A DNA stretch of 64,000 nt, from NCBI GenBank assembly GCA_963845275.1, contig CAWJRR010000002.1, forward strand, positions 268,901 through 332,900, in the 5' to 3' direction. The notes under the pieces are model-generated. The model worked only from the letters and a program-made list of their open reading frames with translations, ran no database searches and was not told the DNA's origin. Each line of letters opens with the position of its first letter. Position 1 is the first letter of the stretch. This DNA is from Candidatus Bathyarchaeota archaeon (GTDB lineage Archaea > Thermoproteota > Bathyarchaeia > 40CM-2-53-6). This document shows positions 57,558 through 64,000 of the stretch, piece after piece. A program made the position numbers and the translations under genes.

Positions 57558-58112
57558 TTGCTGAAAACCGACTTGAAATCTTACAATAACCGACAGATTC
57601 AAACAGCGGATCACACAGGGCTGTGGCTTGTCCCGTGTGAGTTGAGTGTAGTGGTCAGCATAGACTCTGTGTGTGATCTGGGCGACTTTAGACGTTTCAT
57701 GATTTTCAGCACATGCCAATCATACATACCCGCTGAACTGGACGAGGACGAGACTGTTTACCCAGAGCGATCGTCCGACAAGGGTACGATGTACGTTGAA
57801 GCAGAAGACAAGGTAACCGTCCATCAAATTCGCGAAATCCGATTTGCTAGAGTCTCAAATGTACTCGGCATAATTTACAACTCAAAGAGCGGCAGAACTC
57901 AACTCAAATGGCGTCATTTGAAAGGCAGAATGGGGCGACTTAGCGGCGAAGCAAGTCCAAATACACTTGTCAACCTATTTGCCTCGAGAGCCCTTCCTGA
58001 ATCTTACGCAATTAACGATCGTCAAAAAGAACAGGAGGAGCGAGCTGCAGTGATTCCAGCAGAAGTACGAGAAGAAGACAATCAGATAGACGAGGCATTT
58101 GCAGACACCTGA
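57558..58112 (+). CDS. Hypothetical protein; the true start is probably internal (for example ATG at 57699)
   Basis: The C-terminal two-thirds reads as a normal soluble protein. The N-terminal part overlaps the upstream promoter region. Confidence 0.4.
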   Translation: MLKTDLKSYNNRQIQTADHTGLWLVPCELSVVVSIDSVCDLGDFRRFMIFSTCQSYIPAELDEDETVYPERSSDKGTMYVEAEDKVTVHQIREIRFARVSNVLGIIYNSKSGRTQLKWRHLKGRMGRLSGEASPNTLVNLFASRALPESYAINDRQKEQEERAAVIPAEVREEDNQIDEAFADT

Positions 58113-58404
58113 TAACCAGTCATAAGAGAGCAGTCTCAAACCACACAATTGGCCACGAATTGATACGTTATAGCTCAGAGAACTAAATTCAGTTCCCAGC
58201 ATGAATCTGAATAGAAACAGCATTGCGCCTGGAACACGAAGTTCGCAAGAATATGCTACTAGAACAACACTACGTACACGGAGATTGGAACATCATCAAG
58301 ATCTATGAACGAGGTAAGCTTCTGGAATTGGTAATACGTCGAAGGGCACCCTAGCCTCTACGCACTTATACACTATACACACAGATTTCTGTCGAGGGCT
58401 CAAT

Positions 58405-59437
58405 GTGGGTGTCGATTTAGCGGACGTCATGGCTCAACGGCCAATTACCCTTGAAAGTCTTGCTAACAAAACGCTGGCAGTTGACGCATACAATGCTCTC
58501 TACCAATTCTTGGCCATAATCCGACAACCCGACGGAACGCCGTTAAAAGACAGACAAGGAAGGGTGACGAGCCACTTGAGCGGATTATTGTACAGGACTG
58601 CAAACCTATGCGAAAAAGGAATCAGATTATCGTTCGTTTTTGATGGCAGGCCACCTGAATTGAAGGATTCTGAAATTCAAAGGAGACGTCAAATCAAACA
58701 GGCGGCGACAATCCAATATCAGCGAGCACTCAAGGAAGGCAGACTCAAGGAGGCCAGAACTTATGCACAGGCGACGTCGACTTTGAAGGATCTGATGGTT
58801 GACGACGAAAAGGCTTCTGAGCGCTATGGGTCAATCGTGGATTCAAGCACCTTCTGAAGGTGAAGCCCAAGCTTCGTACATGGCGTCCAGAGGCGACGTG
58901 TGGGCAGTTGCTTCTCAAGATCATGATTCACTGCTTTTTGGTGCCCCGCGGATGGTGAAGAACCTAGCCATCACAGGACGCAGAAAGCTTCCACGTAGAG
59001 ATGCATATGTCGAAGTCGAACCAGAACTAGTTGAATTGTCGAAAGCACTCCATGAGTTGTCAGTTACGCGTGAGCAGCTAATTGACATAGGCATCCTAAT
59101 TGGCACAGACTTCAATGACGGTGTGAGGGGAATAGGACCCAAGACCGCTTTGAAACTCATCCGAGAGAATGGTCGACTCGAGAAGATCATGGAAACTGAT
59201 CCCTCCATTGAAATTGACCCGAACTATGATCGCATCCGCGAAATCTTTATTCACCCGAACGTGACCTCGAATTATTCGTTGCACTGGTCGAAACCTGACG
59301 AGGATACAATCGTCTCATTCCTTTGCGGCGAACGGGATTTTTCGGAAGACAGGGTAAGGAAAGCAGTGACGAGAATGTCTAAAGCATCAGATGCTAAAGC
59401 TAAAGCCGACGGCACGCTCGAATCTTACTTTGACTAG
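58405..59437 (+). CDS. fen: Flap endonuclease 1 (FEN-1); the reading frame is interrupted by a 1-nt frameshift near 58808..58811
   Basis: The N-part (58405..58857) has AVDAYNALYQFL...FVFDG. The C-part (frame +1, 58799..59437) has QAPSEGEAQASYMA, SQDHDSLLFG and GTDFNDGVRGIGPKTALKL. The frames join at GACGACGAAAAGGCTTCTG. Confidence 0.9.
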
Positions 59438-59447
59438 AACCAGACTC

Positions 59448-60185
59448 CTAGAGACTCCATCCGCGTTTGCCTCTCATCGGCACAAAAGCGACTCCGCCGA
59501 GATTTTCATGACTTAGAGTTCCATGTTCGCTTTTTCTCACGCGAATGAGTTCTTGGTAGTATTGGGCGTGTCCAACAGGAATAAGTAGGATTCCACCTGG
59601 ATTCAGGTGACTGATTAGGCGATCCGGGATTTCCGGAGCCGCACTCGTCGCGAGGATTACGTCGAATGAGTCTTCGTTATCAAGTCCTTCGGATGCATCA
59701 CCTTCGATGAAGGTCACTCTTTGAGAGTATCCCATTCGGTCAACATTCTCCCGTCCAACAACAGCCAGTTCATGGACTATTTCCGCAGTCCAAACATGCC
59801 CCCAGTCCTTAGATGGATGATCATTCGGAGCCACAACTTCAGCATACACACAACTCATGTAACCACATCCACCACCCACTTCAAGCACACGTTGACCCAA
59901 CCTCATCTCGCTGTACTCACACAACAGTGCTGTCATATGTAGTGCACTTGTCGTCTGACCGAATCGTATTGGTAGCGGCGAATCAACATAAGCGTCATTT
60001 TGAACTTCTGCCGGCAGGAATTCTTCCCGAGGAACTTTCATCATCGCTGCAATCACGCTAGGAGATCGAAGTATGTTTTGATCTACAAGATCGTTAATTG
60101 CTTCGCGTCGCCAGGACGAAAAATCCTTCATCCCTTGACTTTTAATCATTCTCACACCAATAAACGTTGCATGATTCCGGTGCAA
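59448..60185 (-). CDS. pcm: Protein-L-isoaspartate O-methyltransferase
   Basis: VPREEFLP, the SAM motif VLEVGGGCGY, and a C-terminal LIPVG. Confidence 0.85.
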   Translation of the reverse strand: MHRNHATFIGVRMIKSQGMKDFSSWRREAINDLVDQNILRSPSVIAAMMKVPREEFLPAEVQNDAYVDSPLPIRFGQTTSALHMTALLCEYSEMRLGQRVLEVGGGCGYMSCVYAEVVAPNDHPSKDWGHVWTAEIVHELAVVGRENVDRMGYSQRVTFIEGDASEGLDNEDSFDVILATSAAPEIPDRLISHLNPGGILLIPVGHAQYYQELIRVRKSEHGTLSHENLGGVAFVPMRGKRGWSL

Positions 60186-60189
60186 GATC

Positions 60190-60615
60190 TTGAGAATCGT
60201 TGAAGAGTTCGCGGCACGCGGTCACCCGAACATAACCGCTACTCATTCTACTACTCTAGAGGTCACAAAAGGATTCTCATTAAGCAAAATGGGTGATTGC
60301 ATCGTCGCAGTCAACGCAACAAGAGGGCTATTTGACCTATCACAAGCCTTCAGGGAGGCGTGTATGAATGACAGATCAATGATTTTAGTCGAGTTGAGCG
60401 TGTCGGGTATGGTGGAGCGAATCGTAGGAAGAGGCAGTCATCTTCTAACCCTAGCGGACGAGAAGGATCTTGTGATCCGAAAGTCAACTTACGTTTCGAA
60501 TAGGACATTGATGATTAATGCTGATAAGGCTGCCTCGGATCTTCCCAGGCATTTCATAAAACGCTTGACATCAGCCTCAACTAATATTCACGTCCGCTTG
60601 ACTGTCTGCGTTTAG
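60190..60615 (+). CDS. DUF371-family protein
   Basis: ARGHPNITATHSTTLEVTK...GDCIVAVNA is the pattern I associate with the archaeal DUF371 family. Confidence 0.55.
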   Translation: MRIVEEFAARGHPNITATHSTTLEVTKGFSLSKMGDCIVAVNATRGLFDLSQAFREACMNDRSMILVELSVSGMVERIVGRGSHLLTLADEKDLVIRKSTYVSNRTLMINADKAASDLPRHFIKRLTSASTNIHVRLTVCV

Positions 60616-60619
60616 ATCT

Positions 60620-61690
60620 TCAAACTATTCTTGCATCAATAGCAACTTGGACGCGATTCGGCCCAACCTCCTTTATTATTCGCAGAAACGATAATGAGAC
60701 CACTCTTCTCTCGAAACTCTCTATTCCAGATCGGAAGGTGTCCGAGAGATACTGTAGCTCTTCACCTCGTGAGGCGAAACAATAGAAGTGCACTATGCCC
60801 CCATTCTTCTTCAACAGTTTAGAGGCTGTCTCAAGAAACGCTTGTGAATCAGCGGGCAAGTTCATTATTACTCGATCAGCAATTCCAGGCGACTTCGAAG
60901 CAAATTCTCGAACGTCTCCCAGATAGGGCGTAACCCTATCTGCGACATTGTTCTCGAACACATTTTCCTTAAGATATTTGTAAGCATTAGGATTCAAATC
61001 AATGGAGAATACACGTGCGCCGAGTTGTTTCTTCGCAATGAGAATTGAATATGTGCCGACTCCCGCAAACATATCAACGACAACTTCCCCCTCCTTGACT
61101 TGGCTCGCGATGCGCATACGTTCGTGTGCCAGTCTCGGATTGAAGTAGACTGATTTAACGTCGAGATGAAACTTCGAAGAAAATTCTACGTGTACGGTTT
61201 CCGTAGTTCCAATACCCGTTATTACTTCAGTACCTCGTATCCGGTACTGGCCAGACGTTTTCTCAGTCTTCTGTACGACCATTCGTAAATGCGGATTTAA
61301 TTTCATGAGACCCTCCGCTATGACTTTCGAGAAAGGTTGCAGTTCGTCGTCAAGCTCAAGAATTCCAATGTCGCCTACAATGTCATATGAACGTGGAAGC
61401 TGATTGGCTACATATGACGGCAGGGCTCCGGCTACAGCTTGGCGGAGATCTCTTGGAGCCCTTGATGAAGCTGCAAATGTCGCTTGGATGATTTTCGCTT
61501 CGGAAGCCCTCTTCGATATGTCGGCGAGTTCGGCTCTTGATAGGTCTCGTTTGACCGGAATTACAAGACAGCCGTCTCTTCTAACAAACTCGCGAGTTTC
61601 ATCAAGCAGTTGCAGTTTATTCAAGAAACGGATAATGACCTGTGCATTGCGGCCATCAACTTCAATTCCATATCCTCTCATATTACCCAA
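60620..61690 (-). CDS. trm5: tRNA (guanine37-N1)-methyltransferase, Trm5/Taw22 family
   Basis: SAM motif VVDMFAGVGTYS, catalytic-region motif VIMNLPADS, and IDLNPNAYKYLKENV. Confidence 0.8.
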   Translation of the reverse strand: MGNMRGYGIEVDGRNAQVIIRFLNKLQLLDETREFVRRDGCLVIPVKRDLSRAELADISKRASEAKIIQATFAASSRAPRDLRQAVAGALPSYVANQLPRSYDIVGDIGILELDDELQPFSKVIAEGLMKLNPHLRMVVQKTEKTSGQYRIRGTEVITGIGTTETVHVEFSSKFHLDVKSVYFNPRLAHERMRIASQVKEGEVVVDMFAGVGTYSILIAKKQLGARVFSIDLNPNAYKYLKENVFENNVADRVTPYLGDVREFASKSPGIADRVIMNLPADSQAFLETASKLLKKNGGIVHFYCFASRGEELQYLSDTFRSGIESFERRVVSLSFLRIIKEVGPNRVQVAIDARIV

Positions 61691-61760
61691 CCCTTCGCGC
61701 TGCTCGCCGTACGCAACACTAAATACTCGAACAATGGACCATCATTCTTGAGATGAGGTT

Positions 61761-62096
61761 TTGGCTTTGGTGCAATGGAGAAGGCGCGAAGAGCTAATAG
61801 GCAAAGACGTCATCGATAGCGATGCGAACAAGATCGGGAGTGCTAAAGATCTTGCTTGGTCTGACGATGGGGTATTTGCGGTCATTGTAGAAGGCGCAGA
61901 CGAAGAGGAATCTTTCCTGCCGTTTGATAATGTCGAGAAGGTTGGTGACGTGATCTTTGTTAAAGCGAAGGCATCACTGATGTCCATTCCGACGAGGACC
62001 TGCCCGATGTGTAAACACAAGAATCCTATTGAAGCCATGTTCTGTGCAAAGTGCGGTCGTACGCTCGAAGAGAATGAAAAGATAGAGAAGAAATGA
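61761..62096 (+). CDS. PRC-barrel domain protein with a C-terminal zinc ribbon
   Basis: LIGKDVIDSDANKIGSAKDLAW...VGDVIFV forms the PRC barrel, followed by CPMCKHKNPIEAMFCAKCGRTL. Confidence 0.65.
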   Translation: MALVQWRRREELIGKDVIDSDANKIGSAKDLAWSDDGVFAVIVEGADEEESFLPFDNVEKVGDVIFVKAKASLMSIPTRTCPMCKHKNPIEAMFCAKCGRTLEENEKIEKK

Positions 62097-62236
62097 TGCA
62101 ACCCAATTAGCCGGTCACATTGTTGCAAAATAGTATGCTTCCCATTGGGCAATGACGCAAAGTTGCGTCTAATATGCAAGTGCAACTTTCGTATATCCTG
62201 AAGCGCCTATAATAATGAGAAGATCAACGGGAGTGT

Positions 62237-64000
62237 ATGCTCAAAATGGGCTCAGTGGGCAGAAATAGGCGCCTATCAACATTCTTCCTACTCATCCTCA
62301 TCATACTCATCTCATCGAATCCGATCGGACCTTCGAACCAATTTCAGATGGTTTCGAACGCTTCGGCCATGACCGTCTCAGCCGCTCCACCATCCAGTTT
62401 CAGTGTGAACGAATGGAATGTCCCCACTCCGGGTTCGGGTCCATGGGGTATCACAACCGATCAACTTGGCAATATTTGGTTCACGGAAAATGTGACAAAT
62501 AAACTCGCAACATACAACCCTACAAACAACACTTTCACGGAATGGAGTATACCGGGCGGAGGAAGCCCGCGATACGTTTTCACAAAAGAAGCACCGGCGG
62601 ACGTTAGCGGCGGCAGGAATGTAACCCGAGTTTATTTCACGGAATATTCTTCGAACATGATTGGTTACTTCAATAGTTGGAATGGAACCTTCTATCAATG
62701 GCAGTTGCCAGCAAGCAGTAACCCTGTCGGCGTCTTCGTTGACGATAATAATACCATCTGGTTCACTGAATCAGGCCGAGATGTCATTGGGCGGCTCACA
62801 CCTGCCACGAATCAGTTGACGGAATGGACCTTACCAAGAGGAACAAGCACGGCAGGTTCGCCTTCGCTGAAGCCATGGGGAATCTTCGTCCAATCCGCAT
62901 TAACTGGACAATACCACAACGTAACTGACCGATACGTTTGGTTTACGGAATTGTCCAATAATGCAATCGGAAGACTCCAAGTCACGAACAATCTTCTTAT
63001 CCTTTGGGACTTGAGCAGTCTCACGATTATTCCTGGACTTAACTATGGACCTATGGGCATCACAGTAGATTCAAGCAACCCAGGAAACGTCATTTTCTCC
63101 GCTAGCACAGGTGATCGAATCTCAGTACTTCAGAACTGTGGCACAACATGTACCGGTTACACCGAATATGCGCTCCCCTCTCGTACATCAATCGCGAAAT
63201 CTACCAGCGTTAGTGTTGATTCAACCCGTGGAGGAGTCTGGTTCCCGGAGTATAACACCGGAATAGTTGCGTTCGTGGACAGATCAACACAAGGTGAGTC
63301 GGGTGCTGTCCCAACGTCAACGGCATGTGTAATGCCACCCACCTCTGGCCCTGCATGTGCCGGGCCCTCAGGATACTCCACAACGACTGTAACCCCAACA
63401 ATTACTAACGGTGTGCAAGACTTTTCCAGCATTGGGAATCCGCTAACCCCTGCTACAGTCTCCGTCTTTCAAGGTCCAATTAACGGCATCACAGAGTACA
63501 AACTACCTGCCAACAATTCGCGACCTAACTTTGTCACAGTCGATTATCATGGAAACGTTTGGTTCACGGAGAGTAATGTTACAGTAAACAGAATAGGTCG
63601 ATTGAGCATTCCATTTGCCTTCACGCTTTCAGCGTCTCCGCTGAGCCGTACGGTAGATCGCGGTCAAACAGCCGCGTACAACGTTAGCGTTGGGGTAACG
63701 AGCGGATACTCGCGTCCAGTCTGGCTCTCGATAAGTAATGCTCAAAATGTGAGCACAAGCTTCAGTCCTCCTGTTGGACTCCCACCCTACTCATCAACTC
63801 TTACTGCCGGTACATCAAACTCGACTCTTCCGGGTACGTATACGATGACTATAACTGCAGCAGCTGGCAATCAAACACAAACGTCGCAGATCAGCCTAAC
63901 TGTGAATCCACCACCTCCGCCTGTCGCGTTTGATTACCAGATTTATTCCAATAATACCACCGTGGCTGTTCAACAAGGTCAGCAAGCCACATTCCAATTT
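62237..64000 (+). CDS. Secreted beta-propeller repeat protein (Vgb/streptogramin-lyase-like repeats) with Ig-like C-terminal domains; the 3' end lies outside the window
   Basis: ATG at 62237 with leader MLKMGSVGRNRRLSTFFLLILIILISS. Repeats are of the form GPWGITTDQLGNIWFTENVTNKLATY and NFVTVDYHGNVWFTESNVTVNRIGRL. I checked that the frame is open from 63602 to 64000. The gene is absent from the track because no stop falls within the window. Confidence 0.7.
   Translation, partial: MLKMGSVGRNRRLSTFFLLILIILISSNPIGPSNQFQMVSNASAMTVSAAPPSSFSVNEWNVPTPGSGPWGITTDQLGNIWFTENVTNKLATYNPTNNTFTEWSIPGGGSPRYVFTKEAPADVSGGRNVTRVYFTEYSSNMIGYFNSWNGTFYQWQLPASSNPVGVFVDDNNTIWFTESGRDVIGRLTPATNQLTEWTLPRGTSTAGSPSLKPWGIFVQSALTGQYHNVTDRYVWFTELSNNAIGRLQVTNNLLILWDLSSLTIIPGLNYGPMGITVDSSNPGNVIFSASTGDRISVLQNCGTTCTGYTEYALPSRTSIAKSTSVSVDSTRGGVWFPEYNTGIVAFVDRSTQGESGAVPTSTACVMPPTSGPACAGPSGYSTTTVTPTITNGVQDFSSIGNPLTPATVSVFQGPINGITEYKLPANNSRPNFVTVDYHGNVWFTESNVTVNRIGRLSIPFAFTLSASPLSRTVDRGQTAAYNVSVGVTSGYSRPVWLSISNAQNVSTSFSPPVGLPPYSSTLTAGTSNSTLPGTYTMTITAAAGNQTQTSQISLTVNPPPPPVAFDYQIYSNNTTVAVQQGQQATFQF

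Noticed and set aside
57068-57589. 173-aa plus-strand ORF
   Set aside because: It is antisense to both aEF-1beta and the four-CxxC zinc-ribbon gene, which are clearly recognisable.
61742-62185. 147-aa minus-strand ORF
   Set aside because: It overlaps the plus-strand PRC-barrel/zinc-ribbon gene, which has recognisable domain motifs. The minus translation is Ser-rich and low-complexity.
62378-63432. Three minus-strand ORFs (62378..62698, 62812..63024, 63157..63432)
   Set aside because: They are shadow frames of the long plus-strand beta-propeller gene that runs off the window end.
1-64000. CRISPR arrays, rRNA genes and tRNA genes
   Set aside because: I saw no regularly spaced short repeats and no rRNA-like conserved stretches. 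No intergenic segment could be folded into a cloverleaf with a GTTC-type T-loop. The integrated element's att site lies in a protein-coding 5' end, not in a tRNA.

Overview
This is a densely coded archaeal chromosomal segment. Archaeal markers include aEF-1beta, FEN-1, Cdc48, Trm5 and MoaD/SAMP-like ubiquitin-fold proteins. I found no rRNA, tRNA or CRISPR array by eye.

Main blocks:
1. 0-6.1 kb: TrpB2, a HIT protein, a thioredoxin-domain protein and an MFS transporter.
2. 6.3-10.7 kb: a minus-strand operon encoding a BlaI-like repressor, a BlaR1-like M48 protease, a secreted protein and a MacB/FtsX-type ABC exporter.
3. 11.2-14.3 kb: a large surface-protein gene broken into many frames (pseudogene).
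4. 15-19 kb: a CARF/wHTH-like regulator, AbrB, endonuclease III and an NfeD-stomatin pair.
5. 19.1-27.8 kb: a tightly packed nine-gene minus-strand unit. It holds two xanthine-dehydrogenase-family Mo-hydroxylase sets (2Fe-2S, FAD and Mo subunits), each with an embedded MoaD-like protein ending in GG, plus XdhC.
6. 27.9-36.1 kb: an ~8.1 kb integrated element. It is bounded by a perfect 25-bp direct repeat and sits inside the 5' coding end of an LLM-class oxidoreductase gene. It carries an integrase, a structured noncoding region with an iterated GGCCAAC motif, duplicated secreted-peptide cassettes and a family of zinc-ribbon membrane proteins.
7. 39-46 kb: adenine deaminase, a second amidohydrolase, and two YgeW/AOTCase-like carbamoyltransferases flanking carbamate kinase. 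Together with block 5 this reads as a purine-catabolic neighbourhood.
8. 46-54 kb: TrxB, a DapB-like amine dehydrogenase, and EtfAB with a membrane CCG/Fe-S oxidoreductase.
9. 54-62 kb: Cdc48, aEF-1beta, FEN-1, PCMT and Trm5.
10. 62.2 kb to the window end: a secreted beta-propeller protein (partial).

Several isolated single-base frame breaks occur, in the second 2Fe-2S subunit, in fen, and in the element's surface protein. Two of them lie at short homopolymers, so assembly indels cannot be excluded.

All calls rest on motif reading of the supplied translations and on manual sequence comparison. No database search was run.
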